DNA of 46,467 bases, filler included, from Sphacelaria rigidula (lineage: Eukaryota), in assembly GCA_964200075.2 (NCBI GenBank). It is 2 parts of 2 records of this genome, joined end to end, with 100 filler letters (N's around TTAATTAATTAA, not from the genome) between each part and the next. Parts side by side here need not be neighbours in the genome. Positions count along the whole stretch, not along the records: positions 1 to 23,188 come from CAXNAA020000279.1; 1 more part is not named here. One strand, written 5' to 3'. The notes beneath the pieces are model-generated. The model made no database searches, was not told the origin of the DNA, and saw only the letters and a program-made list of their open reading frames with translations. Each line of letters starts with the position of its first letter. Positions within the stretch are counted from its first letter, which is position 1. Positions 1 through 12,360 of the stretch are shown piece by piece. The translations under genes were made by a program, and so were the position numbers.

Positions 1-445
1 ATGCACCCCTGCATCCTTCGGTCTGTAGAGTAGGCGTTTTGTGTTGTGACAAAGGAATGATTCCGAACCCCAAATGTGGATAGTCTTATCCAGTCTTCCT
101 GCGGGGGGGTGGTTGTCAAAGGGTTAAGACTTGGCAAGCGCTCACTACCCACCGATCCCTAGAATTTTACAGGTAGCTTCTTGTGATCTGCAGACGTTTC
201 TTGACGTTGTATCCAGCGGGAAGGGAAACAAACGAGAATTACACACTCCGGTCCGCAATTTTCTCCTAAAGTTCTAGCGAACAACAACCAAACTTTGTAG
301 ACTAAACTGCTGTAGAACTTCATTCGGAGATCGCAGCACCGCACGAACTCTTTGTTGTTCCCTCTTGGACCCATTTCCCCTCTGCCACATTGTCGCGTCC
401 TGCGCCCTGCTGCGAGCAGGATCCTGCACAGCAGGAGTCCAGGTA

Positions 446-3400
446 ATGAAACGCACGACACCAGGGAGCATGCCTCTTGTTCTCCCCCTTCTTTTTGCCC
501 TTGCTGGCACGCTATCCTCGACGGCAACAAAGTTGACTTCCACCGTCCCTGATCATGAACGTCAGGTATGCATGCGTATGATATTGCTGAACTTGGTCAT
601 CGCATCGGTTTTTGAATAAAAAGACAGTTGAGCGTCAGGAGAGAACGAGCACGTGGAACGCTTGATGATTTGTCATCTCGTCCTGTAGAGGCCAGGGTAT
701 GGGTTCTGCCGAGGAGACATTGTAGACTATACAACATGTTGAACCAGACCCGTAGGATCAGAACCGGCGTCTTCAAGGATCTTCGTCGGAGTTTTTTCCA
801 CTCGTACGTCGTGTGACGAATCTTGGGATTCGGGAAAGTGATCACACCGAGACACGCCCGCTCTCACTCTTGAATCCTGAACTCTCAAGACTTGGAGCCC
901 TCGAAGAAACGTCTCGATCTCCACCTCTCCTTCCTCGTAAGACTGGGTCCACTTGGTCTACGCTTGGCATTCCTTGCCAATCAATAAGAGAGGGATCGGC
1001 CAGCCTTTGGTGGTGGGATAAAACCACCAACCTGTAGATTCACTCACTCTGCCGAGTTAGCTGGCATCTACATAAAGTGGATTAGCTGGCATCTAGATCT
1101 AGCTGGCATCTAGTCTAGATTATTGGCGTCAAGACGAAGAGCATCTTTTGTAAACGTACTGAACAGAACAGTCGGTAGGTTGTCGTCGTTCAGGGGGTAG
1201 ACTCGGCGTAGTGTGGAGGTTAGCGCTGCTGATGACAGCTTGATCAATACCGGATACCGGATACGGCAAGTTGCTGCTGTCCCAAAGAGAGTTGATTCGT
1301 ATTTTTTCACTATCGGTCTGCCAAGGTTCTCACTCCATCACACACCACAAGCTTTATTTTGTCGTACAAGAAATTCAGGCCTTCATGGAAGTTTTGAGGG
1401 GATCGTCGACCCGCTAGGTCCTATCCCCATTGAAACCAAAATCGCAATCAGCCATCCAACAGGTACAAGGCTTCAAATCAAGTGCGTGGCCCCGCTGTCG
1501 GAGAATTGGGTAAGAGGAATGACGATGAACAATGAGTGTGTGTACTTTTTCAACGTGGAACATGTGTGAGAATAACTTTCCTCGTCGAACGCGTGCGCTC
1601 GTGTTTGAGCCATGCCACGATAGGGGTTCACGATATAGGACCAAAAGTGTCTTGGCAGTGTCTGGGAAGGCGTAGGATGTGGCCGAATACAGCATGTTTG
1701 TTCGATTCATGGTGTCATTGGGGCTTACAAAACCAAGGCAGAGTCAAATCTACAGGCCTCAGCGCCTCAGCCGCTCGCAATGGTAGTGTGGACACTGTCA
1801 AGCCCAGACACAAAATTGTGAACCCCTACCGTGGCATGGCTCGTTTGCAGCTTCACAGCATCTCTTCCAAGAGCGAATTCCATCATGGCGAAGGCCACAA
1901 CAGCATTCTTGACGTAGATCTATTTGTTTGTTTGCTTGCGGTGTTGTTCGTGCACGTCATGAGGTGACACCACTACAAAAATGCGAAGGGTATCACTTTG
2001 TCCATGCTTTGCTCGCAGGTGAGTACCCCTCGCGCCGTCGTGGGAGTGATCGACCACCAGGGGCGAAAGCTGCAGGGTGACGGTGAGATTGATAACAAAC
2101 AAGGAAGTGTTCAGCTTTCATCTTGTTTTGATTGGATGCTAGATGCATTCGCGCTTGTTAGAATGTCGAAGCTTTGGTTGTTGACTCTTCACAGATGGTT
2201 TGCAATGAAGGGTCTGCCCTCCGCAACTGCGTCAGGGCGCACCAGAGTAGGGCTCTTCTTGCATCTGCTGTAGTTCTAGCCCGGATCCCCCTTGATCTCG
2301 AATGCAGTCATACGCTCCGTCAGTCCGTGTGTGGTCGTCAGGGGCTAGTGGTAACGCGGTAGAACATATCATCGCAAGCAGGTCTTCGGCAAAGCGCATG
2401 CCCGTGAGAGAATCTCAACACACATATCCTTGCCGCGCGTCATATCTGCCTGAGCGTCAAAAGCGTTTGGGTTTTTCGCTCGATGTTCGGCAATGTATTT
2501 CTCAGCCTTTCCATGAACCACTGTGTGGGTGTCGTGTTTACCCCGGCCCAGCTATACTCGTACTGTGCCTTCGTCGTCTTCTGTGTTTTCAGCTGCTGTA
2601 TGTACTTTGTCGCTGCACCTTTGCTAGTCTTCTAAAGAAAGCGATTCACATGTGCCGGTCTCAACATTCCCTTCCCATCCGGCAATAATCTACTCGGACT
2701 TCATTTGCACGTCTGGCTATAGTATTGCGACGTGTTCCGGCCCGTGCTGACGGTGCCATCGACGTAAATCGGTCTGTAGGTCGCTAACTTGTTTGTCTCG
2801 ATTGGCTTGTTGTCACAGCAGCCAGCGACAGCAGCTACGTTGAGGCCGCAGCCCAGACAGCTGTTTCCGTTTCCGCCACCGCCTACGACGAGCGCCCCGG
2901 GGATGCCCGTGGCTGCGGGGAAGATGGGTGCCTGCCCGCTCTGGCCTACGACGGCGACGGTGACGACGACGGGTCCAGATGGTCGTGTGCCAAGAAACTT
3001 GTACCCGACGGCGGCCAGTGCGAGATCATGTTCAGCTTCGAGACCCCCCAGGACATCGTGGGCCTGAAAGTGTCCTTCTGGAAGGGTGATGAGCGCACCC
3101 GTACGCTGAAGGTTATAATGTGTTGGGTGCAACAAGCAGTTGGGGGCCACATGCAACGCCGCTGTGCACAGCGAAGAGTTCAGCAACATTGATGGCGATG
3201 AACGATTTTGTTTTCTGTCCTCCATTGTGTCGCTCTACGTCCAATTACTGAGAAGATTCGAATCTATACATGGAGGAAATACGTGGAGTTTTCTCTCGAT
3301 TATCACACCTAGATTCGTGGCGTCGCAGTTCCAACTTCTTTCATTTCAATGACGTGCTTCTGCAGGTGACAATGAACGGAGAAAAGATTGGGGAGTTCGA

Positions 3401-6400
3401 ATCTACAGCCGGGGCTACCACAACATCCTACGACATTCAAAGGAACGACGTGCTCACTGTCACCCTCGAGTCCATCGGACTCGACACTACAGGGTGGATC
3501 AGTCTGCTCGAGGTCAGTCGAGGTGTCGACATGCGGTAATATCCCCACAGGTCTATACGGTCGTGGGAATTGTCCTCTTTGCGCCCTGCGCCACCCGGGC
3601 AAAACTGGCGTCCTCCTCCATGCCAATTTCTTCTTCCAGTACTTCCACACTGTCGAACCGGGTGCACCAGACCACGCTTTCCTCTTCGTGCCATCTACGC
3701 CTTGTCATGGTCTGTGATCTTGTCAGGTGAACTTGATGGTTGCACCTGTTGGTGGCTCTGATGATGATTCGACGGACGATGAAGGAATCGACGACGACGA
3801 CTCGGGTGAGCTACGAACAAGCTGTGTAAAATGCCTGATCAGTTGACGTGCTCCTTGAAAAATGGCTTGTTTTAATGCCCTCATTCTACATGTGTCGCTA
3901 TTCACTCCATAGTTTGTAGAGTTGCTTGTGCAGGCGAAATACCAAGCTACGTGGCATTGGATGGCTGAGTAATAAGCGGACGCAATTCTTCAGCGAATTC
4001 TTCTGTCACATCCACTATCAGCACGTGCTGGAACATTCCAAGCTTTTGCGGCCAAAAGCTGGTTAAATCTAAAATTTGTTGCTTGAAGCTCTCGAAGTAT
4101 AGTTTGTCGTGAGGCTAACTTCATTGCCTCCACGCATTAATAGTTGTTTCGGTTAGATGCGAGAGGACAACATGCAGTTCACGCACACGGCTTGTCGTGC
4201 ACGGTAGCAAACCGGGGTGCAAGCGCCTATTGTACTGTACCCCACGATCGTGCGATGCGGGGGCCTAGACCCGGCGCAACAAATGGAAGTTGCCTACGTT
4301 CGCGGGGCAGTGTGTAGATGGTCCATTTATAAGAGATCTCCCGTGACGATGTACTACATGTACTAGTTTCATAACGATAAGGCCCCAACTTGACCCCGAT
4401 TGTGCATTACCCAACCTTCCGCCGTCTTCTGCAATTCAGATATTACCACCACTCCGGCTCCGAACACTCCGGCTCCGAACACTCCGGCTCCGAACACTCC
4501 GACTCCTACCACTCCGGTCCCTTTCACTGCGGCACCCACCCCTTTGACTCCTACCAACTCCTCTTTGGAGTTTGTGAGTGACGTGCGCTTAGAGTTCGGA
4601 GACGATGTCACTATACTGGGGTGTTCGGATTCATGGATTTACGTGGAATCCCCTAGTGCACCTACCGTTCAAGCAGACGAGCTCTTGCTCATTACGAATG
4701 TTCAAGAAGGTGTGTCGTACTCGGACACCCTTGTTGATTCGTGTGAATGTTTCCCGCTGACGAGGAGGATTGTTGGGGTTGAAGCTACGCAGGAACACGA
4801 TGGGATCAGTTGTTCTGGGTCTTCTTGTTGGGTCCTGACCTCAGAACTACTGACCCCACTTGGCACAATCTCTAGTACGGACGTTGAAGACCTCGCTTTG
4901 ACGGATTTCCAAGACATTCCCTGGGAGTCTTTCTTGGGGGACATATGTGCTCCAAGTGAGACTAACGGCCGTAAATTATTGGGAGAGTGTAGGGATTCAT
5001 GGGAAGCGGGGAGTGATGGGGTTTGCCCGTATAACTCTTGTCCAGCCGATAACTGCTACTATTGTTCCAACGACAGCCCCGGTGGCTGTGATAATGGGTG
5101 TGGTCCGGCGAGTTTTCCGGGTGCAGTTACTGAATTTATCGCGGACGTTACACCATTCGGTAACGGGTGCTGTAACCATGACCACTGCTGGGTTGCTACG
5201 GGTGAAAAGGACCTCTGTGACGAAGCGTTCTTGCGGGATAATCTTGAAGGATGTCGGAATACGTTTGGAATTTCCGCCTACATTCTGCAGAGTTTATATG
5301 CCTCTTGTAACCTTGTCGGCGCAGCCTTTTATCTTCTTGTTGCTTCGAGGGGGGACACACCTTTCGCAGAGGCTGTTGCAAAACAGGAAGCGTGGAACCA
5401 AGTCTGCGATTGCCCCGACCCGGAAGCAAGCCTAGCCTCCGGCGAATGCGTAACAGTGAGTGACCTAGCTCATGTGAACACAGTAGCCTTTAGGCGTCGC
5501 GGAGGATCTAGCATAGACATCCAGTACCCGTCCACGAGGACGATTTGAAACGAGGGAAGCATTTAGACCTTTGGCAGTTCTCCTTGATGTTCAACTCATA
5601 GCCGTACTGCTCACTGTTTCCTTCATGACGCCTGCTTTTGGCTTGATCCGCAGCTCGCACCGACCGGGTCCGGACCCACACCCACGTCCCAACCCCAACC
5701 GATAAGTCTTGGCGGACGGCATTTTGTGGTGCTCCGCAATGCGATGTCGACATCTCATGCACGTGTGTTCATACGAATGGTCAATCTTCCAGGCGGCCTC
5801 CTCCAAGACGATGGGCCAACTCTTGCTTAGTCTAACCGTTTTCCCGCGAGTTTACTGGGGGATACATAACCTAAAGAGTCACTGTTTTCACCACGAGGAA
5901 CCGTTGATGCGACGAACCGGGGATCTGGTGAAAGAACTTGTTGCCTTGTTATTCAGATCACTGTTGCGCTATGTTTAGGATGCAACAGCAACATACCACA
6001 CGTATTACGTACTGTTGTTTTCTTCACGTTTGTGAGCTGACCCCATGACCACCCTCCCATCTTTCTCTGCTTCGATCCTTGCATCATTCCTTCTTGGATC
6101 CGCCGGCAGGACGAGCCGAAGCGAGGTAAGGAGAGAGGGAATGAGCAGGACCTGCACTGGATTTCTATCGGAATGACGACGAGACGTTTTTTTATGGACA
6201 TCTTCTTTGACAACCCTGCACGTTTACAGTTCGGGGTTCATTCCTTGTTGTAACCTTTCCTATTTCATTTGTCTCTTGCGAGCACGAGCGGCTCAATGTT
6301 CACCCACAGCACGGAGCAAACACCTTGCGCCTGTCCCTTGGCGTCTGTTCGCTGGTAGCAGCTGGATCACGTTTTGACCTGAAGTTGTTGGATCAAGTAC

Positions 6401-9400
6401 TTCCTGCCGCCGCACGTTCCACCTTGTCTGAACCCCAACATCAGGCGGATCGTCGGACGGCGACCCGCATTTGCGAACCTACGATGGCACCAGATTTGAC
6501 TGCCACGGACAGGGTGAGTTCGTGCTCACCAAGGCGGCCGCCACAGAGACCGAGGTTCAGGCCCGCTTCCAGCAATGGAGCCAAAACCTAAACCCGGCCG
6601 TCACCGTGACCACCGGCATTGCAGCGCGCGAGGGTACCTCCTCCTTGGTTCAGGTGACGACGGCCGCCTCTGGCGGCGTCGAGATCTTGGTTGATGGAGA
6701 GCCGTACGACGAAAGTGCTGATTCTTCAGCTGTCACCGGAGTCACGCTGCAGGTCACATCGTCTCGGGTGGAGATGGCGTTTGTTTCGGGAGTGGACGTG
6801 TTTGTATCCGCCAGCATTAACGGCATGTTGAGGGTCAACGTGTATGCACCAGTTTCTTTGGCCACGACCGGTCTTCTCGGCAACAACAACGGGGAACTGG
6901 GAGACGATTTTGCGGTGAGCGCGTAAGAAGTTTTTGTCTGGACCGTTTTTGTCCCACAACCAACACAATAAACCCTCACTGTCTGGAACTAACAAAAGCC
7001 TCTTATGCTAGACTCCCGTGACGTAACTCGGGAGGTGTTTCGTCGGTGATTCTATGTTCATCTTTCAAGAAAAAACCCTGATGCACAGACGACGCGACGA
7101 TTCTCTCAGTCCCGCAATGCATGCGTGTACGCGTGTGCCCAAACAAGATTGTGCCCCAGCAACACCTTGGTTGGCGTTGCAGTGTCTACTGTACAGAGTT
7201 CAGCAAGCTCTCACCTAAACGGAGGCCGTTGTTTTTTCATCTTGTTACTCGTGCAAGTGTTTGCGCCTCTACACTTACGTTCTTCTTAGAACCCTTATTC
7301 TCCATGTTGACTCAACGAAGTTCATCGAGTAGATAGAGTAGGAAAGGGTGTTGACGCTCCAGACCTCCCTTCATGTGTTGACCGCGACAGACCGCGGACG
7401 GAGAGGCTGTTGGCTTCGCAACCACCTATCCGACAAGAGCAGAAGGAACGAACTACTGCACCACGAACTGGTGTACCATCGAGGGTTCGTCCATCTTCAC
7501 GTACGCCGAGGGGGAGGGCCACAGCACGTTCGATTTGTGCGACGCGGTCTACTCGGCTCCCGTGTTGCCCGATGCCATCCCGGCAGCAATTACCGAGGTA
7601 CACGCGCTTTCGGCCGTATCGCTCTTCCAGGGAGAGATTTAACGGACTTCTCCTCTCCGTCCCTTGAGCATCGGAGTTTGTCGTCTTGCGTTTTGCGTGC
7701 GAGCTTCGTTATTTCGTGTGCAGACTACAACAGTTGACGTTGCTTTGGTTTCTCACCGAAGAATATGGAGCTTATTTCGTGATCGATCGTAGAGTGTCAT
7801 ATGCTGTCGTACTTCTTGTCGTCAAACCTGATCCTCTTCCTCCTCAGCGATGCCATGTTGACCAGCTCGACGCGACCTCCTCACGCCGCCTTCCCTCGAA
7901 AATTCCTGTTTCAGCTGTGCGGCGACAACGCGGAATGCATCTTAGATGCCCTTCTCGCTGGCGAGGAGGTGGGCCAGGCGACGCTCGATGCGCAAGCGGA
8001 GGACCAACTCTACCAGGAAGAAGTCGCGGGTGAGTGTGTTGAAAGAGCGGCGTTAGTGCTGTGTTCGGTTGTAACCCGTTCGTCTTTGCTGCTAAACCTT
8101 CCGAGTTCACGGGGTCGATCAACTCGGAAGCCGTCGGCCTCGTGTTGACGAGTGCACTAGAGACATATTGCTTAGAAGATTATTCAAGAATATTCATGAA
8201 CCTTGAAACTGATACACCAATTGCATGGATTATGCACAACTGCAGCCGGTGGAGGTGAGGGCGAGGAGGCGAGCTATCCCAGAAGTAGCCGCGCGCGTTG
8301 ATAGCACCAACGCTCTGAATCGCTGCAGACTCTGCCTCGTACATCATGCGGAGTCGGCCTCGACAACAGCTTAGCACCACTGGTTGTTCTTGTCTGTCTT
8401 CGCCATACAACCCACAAATAGGCTTGTGCGTCAGCAACTTTTATAGCAGCACCGGCGCGCCACCCTGCACGGCGTGTCCCGACGGAGAGGTTTCCGGCAC
8501 CGGCGCGACCTCGTGCATCCGCCAAGGTGGATCGTTGTAGGCTTTCGTCATGGTGGAGTTCCTCTGGTCGTGCGCTCTAGACTCCGGCACACCATATGGC
8601 ATGGAATACGTAATTTGCTGTGACCGATCAGCGGTCACGAGTTGGAAAGAAAGCCGATGTTGAGGTACACCTGCCGCCGCGCCTGGTACAGAAACGTAGC
8701 TCGCGAACCGGACCGCTGGTAGGGCCTAGATTTGATGAAAACGAGAGGTCCCGCAGTATTGAGAACGTTGGATTTTCTCGCCCCTGGACGACCTTCTTGG
8801 ACGACCTTCTTGGAGCTAGGCTTCGACGGAAGGGTGGAAATGTTTTCCCTTGCACGTCACCTTACGATTCACCTTAATATTTTCGTGCGCCAACGAACCG
8901 TAGCGTACATGAATTCACCTAATGACACGCTTTCGTGTCCGCCGCGGGGTGTTTGCTGACGCCTTGATATCCCTTTTGCTGTTGCCGTGGTTCCTATCTT
9001 GTTCGATCGTGAATGGTATACATCGCTCCTCCGCGGCAGAGCTCGTCGGTCTCAGTGTCCCCGCGAACATCGCCGCTGCCATGGCAGCTGACGTGAGTGT
9101 ACTTTCAAGTAGCTTAAGCACTGGGTGTGTGATCGCGACCCTACGTCTATGGCGGTGCGTATCACGGTTTGCAATGTCCACGTCATCCTGAACTCCACGA
9201 AACGTGGGCTGCCGGCCGCCGTTGATCGCGACGGAGTAGGTTGCCGAAACGTAGTAGTTCTGGCGAGGGAAAGGAGCCTATATCGAAACTCCTCGTGGGG
9301 GGAGCACTACGGTAGAAGTTGGCAGGCCGTCAAACATGACAAAATAGCCATACACAACGCTGAGCTCTGCAATACGACAAGTACAGTGCCGTGGAGAAAC

Positions 9401-10634
9401 ACACCAGGCCCGTCCAGCCGGGTCCAGCCTCCTTCGCCCCTTTGCGGGCAGAGCAAAAACGTCAAGTTCCTTTCGTGTTGGTTGGCACAGACAAAAACAC
9501 TTGCTTGTGACCGATTAGTCTCGAGATGCGCGTGGTGTCGTTACTCTGCGGCTTCACAGCGGTGTCAAGATTTCAAAGCAGGACCCCCCCCCTGCCCATT
9601 GCTCATAAACGTACCAACTGTTTCCTCCGCGCGCAGGCAACGGGCGGCTTTGCCGGTCCAGGATCCCTCACCACAACCCCGGTGGGCACGATCGAGCTCA
9701 CCGAGGAGGATGGTGGATCCGTGGCCGTGTCCGGCACATTCGTCCGCGACGACGGCGCGGCGCTGCCCAGCTCGACAACCGTCTTCCTCTACACCGAGAA
9801 CACCGCCCAACCGGACGACTTCATCCGCGGCCAGGAGGCGCTGGACCTCTCTACCGGAGAGTTCTCGACGGTGGTGACCGACATCCCGGCGGGCAGTAGC
9901 AGACTTTTCCTCAGCTTCGTCGTCGTGGACCCCGCGGAGGCACTTGATCCCGCCGGAGCCGACACGGCGTTCGCGCTCGACGTCACTAACTCTGCCTGCA
10001 CCCCGTCGTTGACAATTACCCTGGAGTGGTCTGCCGAATTCTCAGACGTGGATCTCTACGTGCAAGAACCCGGCGGACGTCTCGTCTACTACAGCAACCG
10101 GGTTGGGGTAAGCGCATCACTGGCCGGGGCATTTGGTCAGAAACTATTATTTTCGGTTTGTTGGCGGGCAGTTGGGGATATTGAGCATGGCTTGGCACGC
10201 ACAGAGTCGACGGTACAGCAGCAGCAGTTTTCAGTCGCGTCAAACGTGGCGGTGAGTGCTCCCCAGATACACATACCTAGTCACGGAAGCTGCTGTAGCA
10301 TTCTTGTCGCTGATTCCCGTCCCTTCGCCCAACCCTGCTGGCGATCGCGTAGGACGTCGGGTTCCTTGACAACGACGACACGTCCGGCTTCGGGCCCGAG
10401 AACTACATCATTGACAGCGGACTCGACCCCGGAACCAGCCAGGTCCTTGGCGAGTACCAGGTGTACGTGGAACTCTACAGAGGCGATGCGGCAACGGAGA
10501 CCTGGCGGCTGACCGCTCGCGTTTCCGGGGAAGTGGCCTGGACGGAGGAGGGCGATTTCACCTCCTCCACCACGAGTGAAACTTTCACGGTGCCTCTAAC
10601 TGACTACGATGCCAGTTGCGGAGGTATTGCGTGA
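446..10634 (+). CDS. Secreted multidomain protein, 14 exons: join(446..565,2019..2076,2819..3111,3366..3512,3727..3805,4440..5455,6110..6125,6445..6914,7391..7597,7915..8029,8422..8526,9040..9092,9637..10107,10353..10634), ~1143 aa. Order: signal peptide, brown-algal beta-sandwich/discoidin-like module, PT linker, sPLA2 group XII-like domain, VWD, Cys-rich module, YfaP/DUF2135-like domain
   Basis: All introns are GT..AG with matching phases, and the exons sum to 3432 nt in one open frame ending at TGA 10632-10634. Hydrophobic N-terminus MKRTTPGSMPLVLPLLFALAGTLSS. Motifs seen: SRWSCAKKLVPDGGQCEIMFSFETPQDIVGLKVSFWKGDERTRTLKV, NGCGP...CCNHDHCW...KDLCDEAF, GDPHLRTYDG...GLLGNNNG, LTITLEWS..SDVDLYVQEPGG...LDNDDTSGFGPENY. 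Confidence 0.8.
4440..5455 (+). CDS. Large exon 6 of the secreted gene: PT-rich linker plus group XII secretory phospholipase A2-like domain
   Basis: Lies within ORF 4400..5548. CDNGCGP...FGNGCCNHDHCW...KDLCDEAFLRD resembles the PLA2G12 pattern NGCG...CCxxHDxCY...KxxCDxxF, with the HD dyad present. Acceptor ttcag at 4435-4439, donor gtgagt at 5456. Confidence 0.7.
4448..4517 (+). repeat. Coding tandem repeat with a 15-nt unit (actccggctccgaac) encoding a TPAPN/TPTPT linker
   Basis: Three exact units followed by degenerate ones; translates TPAPNTPAPNTPAPNTPTPTTP. Confidence 0.9.
6445..6914 (+). CDS. Exon encoding a von Willebrand factor type D (VWD) domain with a GDPH motif
   Basis: GGSSDGDPHLRTYDGTRFDCHGQGEFVL...EVQARFQ...TTGLLGNNNGELGDDF. 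Confidence 0.85.
9637..10634 (+). CDS. Last two exons (9637..10107, 10353..10634): YfaP/DUF2135-like domain
   Basis: SLTITLEWSAEFSDVDLYVQEPGGRLVYYSNRVG|DVGFLDNDDTSGFGPENYII...GEYQVYVELY, with a phase-0 GT..AG intron at 10108-10352. Confidence 0.75.
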
Positions 10635-11986
10635 GATTCTCCCATACAGCCTTCTTTGAGCTAGACGAGACTCTGCTCGTAAGTCGTACACGCGATTCCT
10701 CAATTCATGGCGATCGATTTATATCCCTTGTATACTTTAGATGTAAGAGGGTTGTTCAATTGAGCGGGTACGTTTGCAGTGTTTGCCATTAGGTCCGAAT
10801 ACAGGTAGCTGCGGCTGACACGATCTCACTGCGTGCTGATCGACATGTTCCAGATCTGCTCGCGTTTTCCCGCGAAGCTGATAAGCACCGTTAAAGATTT
10901 GGACACGGCTTATATTTGATAGGGAGATATTTGCCTATTTTCAACTTGCAGCTTTGATGACCGGTCGTGTGCTTCCTGCCGCCGGAAAGACTGTATTATG
11001 CAAAATAATAGATTTGGTGTTCCAGTTTGAACACTACCATGATCATTAGCATGGTTTTTATTTCTTCGTCCCCCCTTTGCTGCAGTCGGGGACTTCTAGA
11101 CATGAAGTAAGGTATGTGGTATGACGTGCATGGACACATTTCCATTAGAACTTACCATATATGCTTTCTGCTCTTTTTTCTCGTGGCCGAGGAGTTGAAA
11201 TTAGCAGGCCTGTACGTGGAGCCGAAGGCTCCAGGTCGGTCGGATGGTAAGGAAAAGCCCGCCGGAAAGCATTTGGGGCACACCATCACCAAATGATGAG
11301 ATGGGAGTTTCGTCCATTTTGATGGTATTTCGGTGGGATGGGAAAGCGGATTGCCACTAGGTGATGGGATGGGGTAGGAAATTATATCGGGTGCTGATGG
11401 GATGGGATGGGAGAGGGTTGAGCCGGGGGCTCTGATGGTATGGGTTTCATAAACGGATTATGGGAACGACGGCTAGCTCCTTGTACGACCGATTTACAGT
11501 CTGGATATGAGATAATAAGTGGTGGCTTCCGATCAATCAAATGGTTTTGAACACCAAGTCCCCTTTCTGTGTTCTTTTCCTTTTTCAACCTCTTGGATAG
11601 GGGCAAAACATTTGTAAGAGAAAGTAAAGGGATCCAAGCAGAGGAACCACAGCGTAGTGGAAATCCCCTTCTCGTCAGGCTGATAGATCAGCGAAACGAC
11701 CCACCGCCAACTCGAGAAGGAGCGCGGTTCGCACGTCGTGGCAGGGCACAAAAAACAAAATAGCTCAAAATGGTTGTTATTGACATTTTGATATCAATTC
11801 CGTCCGCACCGTGTGTTACAACACGGCTTCAACTCCAAACTCGCGAGTTGTTTACTTTGACTCAGAGAGGTAGTAGGTACACGACCCTTGTTACAGCAGT
11901 TGCTCGTGAATGCAGCAGTGCTGCGGGGTAGGTGTCCCATGGCCTTCGGGTCTAGGTATGAGATGCGTGTGCGTCGTAGTGCGGCG

Positions 11987-12360
11987 TGTTAGTAGCACAC
12001 TTTACCACTAGACTATAGTCAGCGCTGACTATGGTCTAGTGGTAAAGTGTGCTACTAACAAAAGTACAACCGGGGGTCCGCTCAGCTGTTAGGCTGGAAT
12101 TGGGCCTCCGGAATTCCCCCAGGGTTGTAATCCCTGTAATCAGCGCTGCCCCCATGCGTCGTGCGGCTTACTGGTGGGGGTAAGTGTCTTCACTTTGAAA
12201 TGACTGGAAATGTGTGCCAAGCGGTGTGCGGCTTACAGGCGTATTTTTATTTCCGTACTTTTTCTCACTCCTTGAGAAAGGGCGGAAAAGCGTCAAAAGT
12301 GGTCACGGAGTGATTTAGTCAGCGCTGACTATAGTCCAGTGGTAAAGTGTGCTACTAACA
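11987..12360. mobile_element. 374-bp non-autonomous TIR element (MITE-like) with TGT...ACA termini and 5-bp TSD CGGCG
   Basis: Left end tgttagtagcacactttaccactagactatagtcagcgctgacta (11987-12031) matches the reverse complement of 12316-12360 with one mismatch. CGGCG occurs at 11982-11986 and 12361-12365. No coding capacity. Confidence 0.85.

Noticed and set aside
1058-1112. Three copies of tagctggcatcta, and nearby - strand ORF fragments in intron 1
   Set aside because: A short local duplication. The neighbouring ORFs show no motif I can assign with confidence, though a decayed TE is possible.
9125-9877. 250-aa + strand ORF overlapping the DUF2135 exon
   Set aside because: An alternative frame running through intron sequence; the spliced frame carries the conserved motifs.
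11987-12360. CRISPR-like repeat-spacer reading of the 45-bp palindromic repeats
   Set aside because: Only two direct copies 300 bp apart, better explained as TIRs with a TSD; no cas genes; eukaryotic context.
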